A stretch of DNA of 64,000 nt, from positions 841,280 through 905,279 of the forward strand of contig CP011210.1 of the NCBI GenBank assembly GCA_001029675.1. The letters run 5' to 3'. This document shows, one piece after another, positions 1-9,776 of this stretch; position 1 is the first letter of the stretch, and each line of letters begins with the position of its first letter. The stretch comes from Candidatus Beckwithbacteria bacterium GW2011_GWC1_49_16 (lineage in GTDB: Bacteria > Patescibacteriota > Microgenomatia > UBA1400 > CG1-02-47-37). The notes below the pieces were generated by a model. The model was not told where the DNA came from and ran no database searches. It saw only the letters and a list, made by a program, of their open reading frames with translations. Both the position numbers and the translations under genes were made by a program.

Positions 1-20
1 TCACACCCCGGGGGTGTGAT
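1..20. repeat. Palindromic repeat copy (TCACACCCCGGGGGTGTGAT), probably truncated by the window edge
   Basis: Near-perfect inverted repeat. Same family as the copies at 514-534, 19995-20015, 21447-21471 and 41364-41385. Confidence 0.7.
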
Positions 21-502
21 AATTCCTCCAGTGAATCCGGCAAATGGTCAATACCCTGGAATTCTTTGACCACTATTGATTTGATCTTGGATTTTATCTC
101 CGGTCGAAGGTTTGGGTAAGTCATTTCTTTCTCGCCGCCGATTGACTCGCAATCGTCTTCGATTAGAATGTCCGGCATGATCCGCTCGGCGACAGCCTTA
201 TATTCTTCACCCTTATTTCGAAAAACCAAGTTGTGGGCGTCGGGGAATTGATAGGTGTTTAAGACTTTTTTAATCTGGTCGATTTCCGCTTTACTCTGGC
301 GTGAGGTTAAGTAGTAAATTTCGGCTTCTTGTTCTTGCCAATTCTTAATTTTCTCAACCGCCCGGCCGGCCGGCAGGTAACTGGCAAAATCATAAACCGA
401 CTTTTCCTTAGCTTGAGACATTTTCACCCGTTCCTCCCGGCTCAAGTTTAACCCTGATTTAAACATCAACGCCGTGCCTTCGGTAAAAATCATGATCTTC
501 AT
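1..502 (-). CDS. Hypothetical protein, C-terminus runs off the window edge
   Basis: Not in the ORF track because it is partial. The reverse-complement ORF starts ATG at 502 (MKIMIFTEGTALMF...) and reads through position 1 with no stop. Its last codons (..SHPRGV) are encoded by the palindromic repeat. Confidence 0.45.
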   Translation of the reverse strand, partial: MKIMIFTEGTALMFKSGLNLSREERVKMSQAKEKSVYDFASYLPAGRAVEKIKNWQEQEAEIYYLTSRQSKAEIDQIKKVLNTYQFPDAHNLVFRNKGEEYKAVAERIMPDILIEDDCESIGGEKEMTYPNLRPEIKSKIKSIVVKEFQGIDHLPDSLEELSHPRGV

Positions 503-513
503 AGTCTTAGTCT

Positions 514-534
514 ATCACACCCCGGGGGTGTGAT
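514..534. repeat. Palindromic repeat copy (ATCACACCCC-G-GGGGTGTGAT)
   Basis: Perfect 10-bp arms around a central G. It lies between the ABC permease stop (538) and the start of the next gene (502). Confidence 0.75.
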
Positions 535-537
535 GAT

Positions 538-1317
538 TTAGCTTGAGGCAGACGAGTACTGGGTCAAAGCGTAGTGCCAAAACTTTAAGCTAAGCCACCA
601 GATAAAAACCGAGGCGGCTAAAACCCCCGCGATGGTTACCGGAGTCAAAAAGCCCAAAAGAGCTTTGGCGGGGAAAGTAAACACCAGGGCAATGGGAACA
701 ACAAAGGTTAAAAAAGCCCGGACTGACTCGACGTAGATGTCTATCGGCACCCGGCCCATGGAGGCAAGGTCTCTGAAAATCCAGATGGTGTGGTCGACCT
801 CGGTGGTAATCACCCCCACGGCGGCGACGGCAATGTGGATGGCGGTGACGATGATCACTGCCGCCAGCGACAAAAATGCAAAGCTTACCAGGTCAGGGGC
901 AGACACGCTGTTAAGCCGCCAACCCAAGGCGACGATCACCACCAGCAACAAGGGCAAATCTAAAAAGTCGGTGTGGGCGGTTAAGATTTGAAACAGCGGA
1001 TTTAGGGGTTTGGCTAATGTAAAGTCAAAAGAACCGGAAACTATTTCTTCCCTAAACCAGTAAATACCGCGGTAGAAAAACTGGCCGAAAAGATCAAAGA
1101 GGTTGTAAACCAAAAAGAAGATAATCACCTGATCCAAAGAATAACCGGCGATAGTGCCTAAGCGGTCTTTGAGGACAAAGAGGAAGGCTAAAAAGAAAAA
1201 GAAGCGGACAAACTTGCCGGCCAAAAAAAGAAACGACGACAATCTGGTAGCCAGAAGCGACTGGAGGGTGAGGGCGGAAGTTTTCAACCAGTATTTAGAA
1301 TAAGTTTTGAACCTCAT
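538..1317 (-). CDS. ABC-2 family transporter permease
   Basis: Multi-TM hydrophobic protein. Paralogous to 3126..3914 (shared C-terminal ..ALTQYSSASS / ..ALRHYTSASS). Adjacent to the ABC ATPase. Confidence 0.7.
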   Translation of the reverse strand: MRFKTYSKYWLKTSALTLQSLLATRLSSFLFLAGKFVRFFFFLAFLFVLKDRLGTIAGYSLDQVIIFFLVYNLFDLFGQFFYRGIYWFREEIVSGSFDFTLAKPLNPLFQILTAHTDFLDLPLLLVVIVALGWRLNSVSAPDLVSFAFLSLAAVIIVTAIHIAVAAVGVITTEVDHTIWIFRDLASMGRVPIDIYVESVRAFLTFVVPIALVFTFPAKALLGFLTPVTIAGVLAASVFIWWLSLKFWHYALTQYSSASS

Positions 1318-1320
1318 AGC

Positions 1321-2121
1321 TTAGCGGCCGTAGGCGCCGTAAATTTTTAAACCTTTGCGCCAAACGGCGCGACTCACCCGGTACAAAAGCACCAGCCAGA
1401 CGAGGTTGGCGGCAACCAAGCCGACAGCGCCGGCAAGGTCCACCCGGCCAAGATAAATCTGCATCGGCTGAAACAAGAAAAAGGCGGGCGGCAAAAGCCG
1501 GAAGAAGTTGTAGACGACGGGGGGGAAAATATCCAAAGGAAACAGTCCCCCGGCCAAAAACTCCAGGATCATAAAAATGAAAAAGCGCAAGGGCCAACTG
1601 TTGTGCTCGGGATACCAAAAGGCAAAAGAGCTGACCAGAAAAGAAAAAAGAAAATACAAGAGCATGGCCAAAATGACAGCGACGATAAAAATGGCGGCGG
1701 CGGGCGAGGAAGCCGGTGGCAAAAGGGGCGGGCGGAGAAGAAGGATAACCAGGGTTAACTCGAAGGTCATAAACAGCAGGTTTAAAAGTTTGTCGGAGAG
1801 GTCGCGGGCCAGCCAGTTTTTTAAGTAGCTAACCGGTTTAACCAAGTAGTTGTTAAGGTCACCGCTGGCGATTTCGACGCCGACGGTTTGGCTTCTTGAC
1901 GATAAAACGAAAGAGCGCAGGACAGAAGTGCCGATAACGTAGGTGAGCATGGCGGCCCGGCTGTAGCCAAAGAGTTGGTTGTTGTCAGCGTAAATGGCCA
2001 GCCAGAGAAAATAGACGGCTAAAAACTGGATCACGTGTCTGACCCGCCACATGATGAAGTTAAGGCGATAGACAAAGCCGTTTATCAGGCTGGTTTGAAA
2101 AATCTTGAGGTATTTGCCCAT
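1321..2121 (-). CDS. ABC-2 family transporter permease
   Basis: Multi-TM. Paralogous to 3915..4715 (..KIYGAYGR / ..KAYSAYGG tails). Confidence 0.7.
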   Translation of the reverse strand: MGKYLKIFQTSLINGFVYRLNFIMWRVRHVIQFLAVYFLWLAIYADNNQLFGYSRAAMLTYVIGTSVLRSFVLSSRSQTVGVEIASGDLNNYLVKPVSYLKNWLARDLSDKLLNLLFMTFELTLVILLLRPPLLPPASSPAAAIFIVAVILAMLLYFLFSFLVSSFAFWYPEHNSWPLRFFIFMILEFLAGGLFPLDIFPPVVYNFFRLLPPAFFLFQPMQIYLGRVDLAGAVGLVAANLVWLVLLYRVSRAVWRKGLKIYGAYGR

Positions 2122-3111
2122 TTAGGCTAGTTCGCGGTCGCCGAAAAGCTGGCGGATGATGTCTTCGATGGCCGGCTCGGTGATGTTTAAATCGGCGACG
2201 GCAAAGTTTTTGAGCAATTTAACGGCCAGACTATTGGCCAAGCTTTTTTTGACTGACAAGACCACCCGGGGCGGGTCAAAATATTTAATTTTGGCCCGGG
2301 TTAATTTTCTGATTTGATCCTTGGTGATGGGGTTGGCGAAAATTATCTCCAGCTGTTTGTGGGTAGCGTATTTTTTGATGATGGTATTAAGCTTGCCGTC
2401 AAAGAAGATTTTGCCGTGGTCGATGACGATGATACGATCGCAGAGCTCCCTGACGTCGCCCATGTAGTGGCTGGTTAAGATGATGGTGGCGTTGAATTTT
2501 TGCTGATAATTTTTGATAAAGTCTCTGATTTTTTTCTGCATGACTACGTCCAGACCGATGGTGGGTTCGTCTAAAAACAAAACTTGGGGAGAATGAAGTA
2601 GCGCCGCCACCAACTCGCACTTCATCCGTTGACCCAAAGACAACTTTCTCACCTGGACTTTGAGGATATCTTTTAAGTCGAGCATTTTGACCAGAGCCTT
2701 CAAAGTTTTATCAAAGTTGGCCGGCGGAATCTCGTAGATTTCGCGGTTTAAGATAAACGAGTCAAGGGCGGGCAGGTCCCACCAGAGCTGGTTTTTTTGA
2801 CCCATGACCAAAGAAAACTGCTTTTGAAACTGACTCTTTCTGTCAAAAGGAGTAAAGCCTAAAACCTGAACCTGACCCGAGGTGGGATAGAGTAAGCCGG
2901 AGAGAACTTTTAAAGTAGTAGTTTTACCGGCGCCGTTGGGGCCGATAAAGCCGACCAGTTCGCCTGGCTCAATATCAAAAGAAATGCCGTCGACGGCACG
3001 GACAGACTGGTAGCGGCGAGAAAAAAGTGATTTGATCGAACCGGTGAGGCCGGGTTCCTTTTGGTAAACCTGGTAGTATTTTTTTAAGTTTTTGACCGAA
3101 ATAACCGACAT
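2122..3111 (-). CDS. ABC transporter ATP-binding protein
   Basis: Walker A GPNGAGKTT, ABC signature LSLGQRMK, Walker B LFLDEPTIGLD. Confidence 0.9.
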   Translation of the reverse strand: MSVISVKNLKKYYQVYQKEPGLTGSIKSLFSRRYQSVRAVDGISFDIEPGELVGFIGPNGAGKTTTLKVLSGLLYPTSGQVQVLGFTPFDRKSQFQKQFSLVMGQKNQLWWDLPALDSFILNREIYEIPPANFDKTLKALVKMLDLKDILKVQVRKLSLGQRMKCELVAALLHSPQVLFLDEPTIGLDVVMQKKIRDFIKNYQQKFNATIILTSHYMGDVRELCDRIIVIDHGKIFFDGKLNTIIKKYATHKQLEIIFANPITKDQIRKLTRAKIKYFDPPRVVLSVKKSLANSLAVKLLKNFAVADLNITEPAIEDIIRQLFGDRELA

Positions 3112-3125
3112 AACAAATTATTCTA

Positions 3126-3914
3126 TCACGATGAGGCCGAGGTGTAGTGGCGTAAAGCGAAACGCCAGGCGCGGCCGGACAACCAGAGCAGGAGGGCGGC
3201 GGCAAATAAACCAAAAAAAGCCAGGGGCCAACTGATGGCGCCGGTAATGCTTTTTACGGGAACGGTGGCGATAAACATCAAGGGTAAAAGGTAGGTTAAA
3301 AGCGGTCGTAAAATCGGACCGGTCAAATCCAGGGGGATCCGGGCCAGCTGGTGAAAGGAGCGAAACAAATGGTTAATGTTTTCTACCCTACCCCACCAAA
3401 AAACCGGCAAAAGCGTCATAAACCACAAGGCGTAGCTGATGGTGATGCCGATGACGATAAGAAAGATAAAGACCAGCAAATTAATCATCGACACCGGCCA
3501 AAAGTAGGTTTTGATTAAATAGACAATCAGTGCGAGCATAGCAATGACGCTGACCAGGAAACTCAAAGACAGGTAACGCAAGGAAACGATGAATTGACCG
3601 GAGGCGGGCTTGGTCAAAACCAAGTCGAGCTCGCCGCTGTTGACCAGGGAGACAAAGTTGGCAAAATTAATTTCGAAAAAGGTGTCGAAGATGCGGTCGG
3701 CCAAAAAATAGACAGCGAGTAACAAAAGCACTTGAGGGCGGGCCCAGCCGTTGACAGTGTCGACGTGCTGGTAGATGAGGATAAAAGTGAGGATAAAAAG
3801 TAGCGCCCAGGAAAGGCTGACTAAATTACTGAAAATAAAGTGGGCGCGAAATTCCATTTCGCGCACCAGACAGTTTTTGAAAAATTCCCAGTAGAGCTTG
3901 AGATAGCGCTTCAT
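3126..3914 (-). CDS. ABC-2 family transporter permease (second copy)
   Basis: Paralog of 538..1317. Confidence 0.7.
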   Translation of the reverse strand: MKRYLKLYWEFFKNCLVREMEFRAHFIFSNLVSLSWALLFILTFILIYQHVDTVNGWARPQVLLLLAVYFLADRIFDTFFEINFANFVSLVNSGELDLVLTKPASGQFIVSLRYLSLSFLVSVIAMLALIVYLIKTYFWPVSMINLLVFIFLIVIGITISYALWFMTLLPVFWWGRVENINHLFRSFHQLARIPLDLTGPILRPLLTYLLPLMFIATVPVKSITGAISWPLAFFGLFAAALLLWLSGRAWRFALRHYTSASS

Positions 3915-4715
3915 TTAGCCGCCGTAAGCGGAATAGGCTTTGGTCCCCCGCTTTAAAACCAAATGATAAAGCCAGTAAAACAAAAGGCACCAGAAAAATT
4001 GGACGGCCAAACCCAAAATCACGGCGTTGGCCTGGTTGAGACGATTGAGACTTAATGAGACCGGAAAATAAAGAAAGTACTTGAAAGGCAGGAAGTTGGT
4101 AAAGTGTAAAAGTTTTGCCGGAAACAAGTCCAGGGGAATAAGCTGGCCGGAAAAAAAGCTATTGATAACGTTGAAGCTTAAAAACAACCAGCCGGCTTCG
4201 GTAAACCAGATGGTGGTCAGTCCCAAAATCATCTTGGCAAAAAAATGGAGCCAAAAAGCCATGAAGACGCTGACTAAAATTGCCAAGATTTTGGCGGGGC
4301 TAAAGCTTAAGGAACTTAAATCTAAATGAAAAATCGGCACTAAAAGTAAAATCAGGGGCAAAAAAAACAAAATTCTGACCACGCGCCAAGAACTGCCGGC
4401 GGCTATTTTGTAGACGGATAAACTCACGGGGCGGAGCAAATAGTAAGAGAAGCTGCCGGAACGGATTTCCCGGGATAACTCGTACTGGGGGTGGGTGGCG
4501 ACTAAGTTGTTGACGAACATGATGCCAAAGTAGTAAAGCACCATCGAGGTGAGCGAGTAGCCGGCGATATCGGATTTAGTTTGAAAGGCGGCCAGCCAAA
4601 AAATTAAGGCCACGACCGGTTGGCTAACCTCGAGTAACATCCAGACTGCGCCTTCGGCCCGGTAAACCAAGGCATCGGCCACGGCGACGCGAAAAAAAGC
4701 CCAGAACTGGCGCAT
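3915..4715 (-). CDS. ABC-2 family transporter permease (second copy)
   Basis: Paralog of 1321..2121. Confidence 0.7.
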   Translation of the reverse strand: MRQFWAFFRVAVADALVYRAEGAVWMLLEVSQPVVALIFWLAAFQTKSDIAGYSLTSMVLYYFGIMFVNNLVATHPQYELSREIRSGSFSYYLLRPVSLSVYKIAAGSSWRVVRILFFLPLILLLVPIFHLDLSSLSFSPAKILAILVSVFMAFWLHFFAKMILGLTTIWFTEAGWLFLSFNVINSFFSGQLIPLDLFPAKLLHFTNFLPFKYFLYFPVSLSLNRLNQANAVILGLAVQFFWCLLFYWLYHLVLKRGTKAYSAYGG

Positions 4716-4744
4716 GACTACTATTATAACAGCCGGATTTGGGG

Positions 4745-5017
4745 TTACTTGACCAGGCGCTTGAAGGTTTTGCCGACGATGAAGCGAACGACTTTGTGGC
4801 TCTTGATGATTAAATCGTCGCCGGTTTGGGGGTTTCTGCCCTTTTTATCTTTGACTTTGCCGATTTTGAAAGTACCAAAGCCGGAAAGAACCACTTTTTC
4901 GCCCTTTTCCACTTGGCGAATGACTTCGTCTAAGAAAGCGTCGATGGATTCACGGGCGGCTTTTTTGGTCAGGTGGGCTTTTTTGGCGATGACTTCGATG
5001 ATGTCGGCTTTAGTCAT
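4745..5017 (-). CDS. hup: DNA-binding protein HU
   Basis: 90 aa, MTKADIIEVIAKKAHLTKKAARESIDAFLDEV...GFGTFKIGKVKDKKGRNPQTGDDLIIKSHKVVRF. Classic HU/IHF fold signature. Confidence 0.9.
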   Translation of the reverse strand: MTKADIIEVIAKKAHLTKKAARESIDAFLDEVIRQVEKGEKVVLSGFGTFKIGKVKDKKGRNPQTGDDLIIKSHKVVRFIVGKTFKRLVK

Positions 5018-5088
5018 AAGTAAAGTCTATATTAGCCGCAGCATCAAGCTAAATCAAGTAGCAATTTCTGGCCCTTTAATTATTTGAA

Positions 5089-6450
5089 TTAAGTCACTGC
5101 TTCGGCGCGAGTCTCGCGGATGACGTTGACCTTGATCTGGCCGGGAAAATCTTTGACCTCTTCTTTGATTTTGTCCCTGATGTCGCTTGCCAGTTTGACG
5201 GTAGCGTCGTCGTCGATGTCTTTGGGATTGACCACGACGCGAACTTCGCGACCCGCCTGAATGGCGTAGGCGGTGTCGACCCCGGTGAAGCCTGACGCGA
5301 TATCCTCGATTTGGGTCATGCGGGTAAGGTAGCCCTCGTGATCTTCGTAGCGGGCGCCGGGGCGGGAGCCGGAGATGGCGTCGGCGATATAGACCAAGAC
5401 AGACTCTGTGGAAGAAAAGGGTTTGTCTTCGTGGTGCTCGGCGACACAGTTAATCACGGCTTCGGGAACGCGGAACTGACGCAAAAACTTGACGCCGACT
5501 TCGACGTGGGTGCCTTCGGCGTCGTCGATGACTTTGCCGATGTCATGAAGCAAACAGCCTAAACGAACGATGTTGACGTTGGCGCCGACTTCGTGGGCCA
5601 GCTTAATCCCTACCCTAGTTTCTTCCAGGGTATGGGCGATCATGTTCTGGCCGTAGGAGAAGCGGTATTTGAAGCGGCCGAGCTTGTCGATGATTTCCAC
5701 CGGCAGGTTGAAGACCTTGACGGCGTGGGCGAGTTTTTCTCCTTCGCGGCGCATAATCCGGTCGATGTCCTCTTTGACTCTTTTGACTATCTCTTCTATC
5801 CTGGAGGGCTGGATGCGGCCGTCGGCGAGTAACTTTTCCAAAGCCACCCGGGCGATCTCGCGCCTGACCGGATCAAAGCAGGAGAGACGGATTAGGCCCG
5901 GCTCATCCAGATCGACCTCGACGCCGGTGACTTTTTCGAAAGTCCTGATGTTTCTGCCGTCGCGGCCGATAACCCGGCCCTTCATGTCTTCGTCTTTGAC
6001 TTTGACGATGGAGACGGTGTACTCGGCGACGTAGTCTGTGGCACCGTGGCGCATGGCTTCGACTAAGATCTCTTTGGCCTTTTCGTCGGCTTCGGCTTTG
6101 GCGCGCTCCTCGGCTTCGGAGACAATTTCGGCGATATCGCGGGTGAGGCGTTTTTCGTAGGCTGAAAGCAGCATTTTTTTGGCCTCGTCCGGCTTGAGCC
6201 GAGAGATGGCCTTTAACTTATCCAACTGACTAGCTTTTAAGTCTTTTAACTCAAGTTCTTTTTGTTCCAGGGCCGTTCTTATCTTGAGAGCTTCGTCTTT
6301 GGCTTCGAGAATGATTTCCCTAGCCTGAGCCTGGGCGTGGCTCAAGTCTGTCTTGGGAGCGACCGGGGGTTTTTTGCCAACCGGAGGCTGAACCACCTTT
6401 GGGTAAGGCTTTTGACTCGAAAACTTATGAAGGCGTCTAAAAAATGACAT
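5089..6450 (-). CDS. rny: Ribonuclease Y
   Basis: KH domain (GRVIGRDGRNIRTFEKVTGV) plus HD domain (LLHDIGK, AEHHED). Confidence 0.9.
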   Translation of the reverse strand: MSFFRRLHKFSSQKPYPKVVQPPVGKKPPVAPKTDLSHAQAQAREIILEAKDEALKIRTALEQKELELKDLKASQLDKLKAISRLKPDEAKKMLLSAYEKRLTRDIAEIVSEAEERAKAEADEKAKEILVEAMRHGATDYVAEYTVSIVKVKDEDMKGRVIGRDGRNIRTFEKVTGVEVDLDEPGLIRLSCFDPVRREIARVALEKLLADGRIQPSRIEEIVKRVKEDIDRIMRREGEKLAHAVKVFNLPVEIIDKLGRFKYRFSYGQNMIAHTLEETRVGIKLAHEVGANVNIVRLGCLLHDIGKVIDDAEGTHVEVGVKFLRQFRVPEAVINCVAEHHEDKPFSSTESVLVYIADAISGSRPGARYEDHEGYLTRMTQIEDIASGFTGVDTAYAIQAGREVRVVVNPKDIDDDATVKLASDIRDKIKEEVKDFPGQIKVNVIRETRAEAVT

Positions 6451-6634
6451 ATATCAAAAACTAGCAATCAGCTACTAGCTCCTAGGTTAATTTGTGCGCG
6501 GGAGAAAAAAGGCGACCAAGCGCCCCACCGAGTTTTATTCGCTTTGGGGAGAGTAAGAAGTGTCGATTAGTTTAGGTTGATATAGTAACATTTTACTCTT
6601 GACTGGTCGTCATTTATCGCACGCTTGGTTTATT

Positions 6635-7096
6635 CTAGCCAAATTTACTAAATTCGTCAATGAGGGAATAAATGGCGGCGGCGGTAAACCCCCGGGTTTT
6701 GAGCCACGAGGAGATTTTTTGGCGTTTTTGAAGACTGGTTAAGCCCCGGAGACGACGGACACGGGAGCTGATAAATTTTTTAGCTAAAGCTTTTTCCTCG
6801 GCAGCGTCGGGTAAAACCTGGTCGATAATCTCCTCGCTGATCCCCTTTTTCTTGAGCTCGACGGTTAGGCCGAAGTTGCCCCGGGGACGGTGGCTTTGAC
6901 GTTGTTTAACCCACCAGCGGGCAAAACTAACATCGTCGAGCAGACCATCGCCTTTAAGCCGGTTGACGACCCCATCGATCAAGCTTTGGTCGGGAGTAAT
7001 TTTTTCCAAACGGGAGCGAATTTCGGCAACGGAGCGGGCGCGATAGGAAAGAAGTTTTAGAGCCTTGGCGGTTAGTTTTTCCCTAATGTCGGTCAC
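6635..7096 (-). CDS. recX: Regulatory protein RecX
   Basis: 153 aa helical protein immediately downstream of recA and overlapping its stop. RecX-like repeats. Confidence 0.7.
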   Translation of the reverse strand: MTDIREKLTAKALKLLSYRARSVAEIRSRLEKITPDQSLIDGVVNRLKGDGLLDDVSFARWWVKQRQSHRPRGNFGLTVELKKKGISEEIIDQVLPDAAEEKALAKKFISSRVRRLRGLTSLQKRQKISSWLKTRGFTAAAIYSLIDEFSKFG

Positions 7097-8130
7097 TTTT
7101 TGGGCCGGCCGCGTTTTTTCTTGGCCGGGGCGGGTTCGGGTTCGCCTTTGACTTTGGCCCAGATGTCCTGTTCGATTTTTTTGGCAAGTTTTCCGTTTTC
7201 CAGAAGATAGAGGCGAGCGGCTTCTTTGCCCTGGCCGATGACGTCCTCGCCGTATTTGTAGAAGCTGCCGGATTTAGTCAGGATGCCGTGTTCGACGCCT
7301 AAATCAATCAGGTCGCCCACTTTGGAGATGCCGCCGAGGTTTAAAATGTCGATTTCAGCCAACCTAAAAGGCGGGGCGACTTTGTTTTTGACCACTTTAA
7401 TCCGGTGGCGGGAACCGATGATGATGTCGCCGTCGGCAATGTTGCCGATTTTTCTACAATCCAACCTTATCGAGGCGTAGAATTTTAAGGCCTTGCCTCC
7501 CGGAGTGGTTTCGGGGTTGCCGAACATGACGCCGATTTTCATTCTCAACTGGTTGGTGAAGATGACGGTGGTTTTGGATTTGGAAATGGCGCTGGTTAGT
7601 TTCCTCATCGCTTGGCTCATCAGTCGAGCCTGAACGCCGATCATGGAATCGCCCATTTCGCCTTCGATCTCGGCTTTGGGGACTAAAGCGGCGACCGAGT
7701 CGATGCAGATGACGTCAAGACCGCCGGAGCGGATTAGGGTCTCGGTAATCTCCAGGGCCTGCTCGCCGGTATCTGGCTGGGAGATGAGTAAGTCGTCGAG
7801 GTTGACGCCGATGGACTGGGCCCGTTGGGGGTCAAGGGCGTGCTCGGCGTCGATGAAAGCGGCGGTGCCGCCTTTTTTTTGCGCCTCGGCGATAACATGA
7901 AGACACAGAGTGGTTTTGCCCGAAGCCTCGGGGCCGAAGATTTCGGTAATTCTGCCGCGGGGCAAACCGCCGATACCCAAAGCGATATCTAAAGCGGGCG
8001 AACCTGTAGGAATAAAGGCGATATCGGTGTGTTGTTGCTCGCCCAGCCTCATGATCGAACCAGCACCATACTGCTTCTCGATCTGCTCCATCGCTACTTT
8101 AATTGCTTGAAGTTTGGGATCTTTAGGCAT
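7093..8130 (-). CDS. recA: Recombinase RecA
   Basis: Walker [11 protein letters not shown]. Conserved RecA core over its full length. Confidence 0.95.
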   Translation of the reverse strand: MPKDPKLQAIKVAMEQIEKQYGAGSIMRLGEQQHTDIAFIPTGSPALDIALGIGGLPRGRITEIFGPEASGKTTLCLHVIAEAQKKGGTAAFIDAEHALDPQRAQSIGVNLDDLLISQPDTGEQALEITETLIRSGGLDVICIDSVAALVPKAEIEGEMGDSMIGVQARLMSQAMRKLTSAISKSKTTVIFTNQLRMKIGVMFGNPETTPGGKALKFYASIRLDCRKIGNIADGDIIIGSRHRIKVVKNKVAPPFRLAEIDILNLGGISKVGDLIDLGVEHGILTKSGSFYKYGEDVIGQGKEAARLYLLENGKLAKKIEQDIWAKVKGEPEPAPAKKKRGRPKK

Positions 8131-8710
8131 TTTCTATCAGTTTAACAGAATCTTGGTAAATTTCAATCAGCTGCCTGATAAAATCTTGGTTGCCGACGAT
8201 GGATTTGACTAAGCTAACAAATAGAAAGACTTCAAAAAACACCAGCAGGGCGAGGGTAGCGACTGCCCGCCAGGGACGGGGCCGGCCCACCACCCGGGTA
8301 CCGGTAAACTGGTCGTGCCAGGAGCGGTTTTTGGGGTCGATAATGATCCAGAGGAAACCGGCGCCAAAAACGAGCCAGGAAACAGTATAGCCAACGGCAT
8401 AGCGGAATAAGGCTAAACCAAAAGAGATGTTTTTGCCTTTGGCGTCAACGACTCTAAGGCCGGCGGCGAGCTTGCCTAAAGTGGTCCCAAGGTTGGCGCT
8501 AGTCAGCGACAGATAGAGCCACCAGAGGGGAACAAAGAAAAAGGCGACAAAAAACAGCCACCAAAACAAATTTTTGCCAAAAGCGGGGGCTAAACCTCCG
8601 GCTTGGCTCCAGGCCATCCACAAGCCGATTAACGCCAAAAGACAAAACAAGGACTTGTCGATTAAGAAAGCGAGGGCTCGGACAATAAAGCCGGCAACAG
8701 GTGGTTTCAT
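8123..8710 (-). CDS. RDD family membrane protein
   Basis: N-terminal [16 protein letters not shown] and C-terminal [12 protein letters not shown] motifs, typical of the RDD family. Multi-TM. Confidence 0.55.
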   Translation of the reverse strand: MKPPVAGFIVRALAFLIDKSLFCLLALIGLWMAWSQAGGLAPAFGKNLFWWLFFVAFFFVPLWWLYLSLTSANLGTTLGKLAAGLRVVDAKGKNISFGLALFRYAVGYTVSWLVFGAGFLWIIIDPKNRSWHDQFTGTRVVGRPRPWRAVATLALLVFFEVFLFVSLVKSIVGNQDFIRQLIEIYQDSVKLIENA

Positions 8711-8712
8711 AG

Positions 8713-9651
8713 TTAGCGCTTTAATTGATTAAATAATAGGGTCCAGTTGGTTTCCAAGAAAACCTGAGTGACGGCTCTGAGCCAAAAGCTTAAGAGGATA
8801 AACGCCGGGCCGAAAACTAAAACGAAGGGAACGATGAAGATTTGGGCGTAGCGGTAGATCGCATAACCTAAGGCGGCGGTCAGACCCAAGACTGTGGCCC
8901 AAGCCAGGCCGATAAGCAAAGTCAGGCCGAGGTTAATAAGGCCCAGCTTCAGAAGCGACCGCCAGTGAGTCCGGGCCAACTTAAAGGCGATTTTGACCGC
9001 CGGAGTGAACCTCAAGGATTTTTGGACAATCAGCCTGCGGGCCAGAATCAGGGTAAAGACGATTAAAATCAGGCCGGCGGTGAAGTAAATTAAAGCGGCT
9101 GCCGCTAGAAACAACCCCACCAGGGCCTTGATGGACTCCGGGGCATTGGCAAAAATGGGGGCGGCCAAGACCAGCACCAAAAGGGCCAGCGACCAGTAAA
9201 CAAACCAGGGAAGAATTTGTAAGATCATTAAGGGGACGGCGGCTTTGAGGCCGAGAGCCGAGGCGGAAGCGATTTGGGGCCGGCCGCGATTAAGTTTTAA
9301 GTTGATGCCGGAAAGTAATGCGCCCAGGGCCCATTGGCTGATAAAAAGATGCAAGAGAAAATAGATCGTGGAGGTGACAAAAACGGTCGTGCCTAAAACA
9401 AACCAGGCAGGGCGGGGGACGCGGGCAAGACTCTCCCCGATCTTAACTAAGGCAGTTTCGGCCAAAGCCAAATAGCGGTCAACCCCGAAGTTGACGGTGT
9501 CGGTCGAAGGCATGGCTTGGGGTAAATCGGCCAAGCTTTGTAAGTTAACGCCGCGGGAGCCGGAAAAAACGGCCGCGATCAGGCCGTAAAGCCAGAGGGG
9601 CTTTTGGGTGGCGGTGAGCTGAAAAGATTGTTTCAAAATTTTTTTATACAT
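8713..9651 (-). CDS. Hypothetical polytopic membrane protein
   Basis: 312 aa with multiple hydrophobic segments. No recognisable motif. Confidence 0.5.
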   Translation of the reverse strand: MYKKILKQSFQLTATQKPLWLYGLIAAVFSGSRGVNLQSLADLPQAMPSTDTVNFGVDRYLALAETALVKIGESLARVPRPAWFVLGTTVFVTSTIYFLLHLFISQWALGALLSGINLKLNRGRPQIASASALGLKAAVPLMILQILPWFVYWSLALLVLVLAAPIFANAPESIKALVGLFLAAAALIYFTAGLILIVFTLILARRLIVQKSLRFTPAVKIAFKLARTHWRSLLKLGLINLGLTLLIGLAWATVLGLTAALGYAIYRYAQIFIVPFVLVFGPAFILLSFWLRAVTQVFLETNWTLLFNQLKR

Positions 9652-9703
9652 CGGTTCATTTTTCCATATAGTCTGGTAAAATACAAACGTACCTAGCGTA
9701 CAG

Positions 9704-9774
9704 CGGGGATTAGTTTAACGGTAGAATGCGCGGCTGGGGGCCGTGCGGAGACAGTTCGACCCTGTCATCCCCGA
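9704..9774 (+). tRNA. tRNA-Pro (anticodon GGG)
   Basis: Hand-folded cloverleaf. Acceptor stem CGGGGAT/ATCCCCG is 7 bp perfect. U8 and A14 present. D-loop AACGGTA with G18-G19 and A21, D-stem of 4 pairs including 2 G-U. Anticodon stem CGCGG/CCGTG with loop CU-GGG-GG (U33, G37). T-arm GACAG-TTCGACC-CTGTC. C1-G72 plus A73 are proline identity elements. CCA is not encoded. Confidence 0.8.
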
Positions 9775-9776
9775 AA

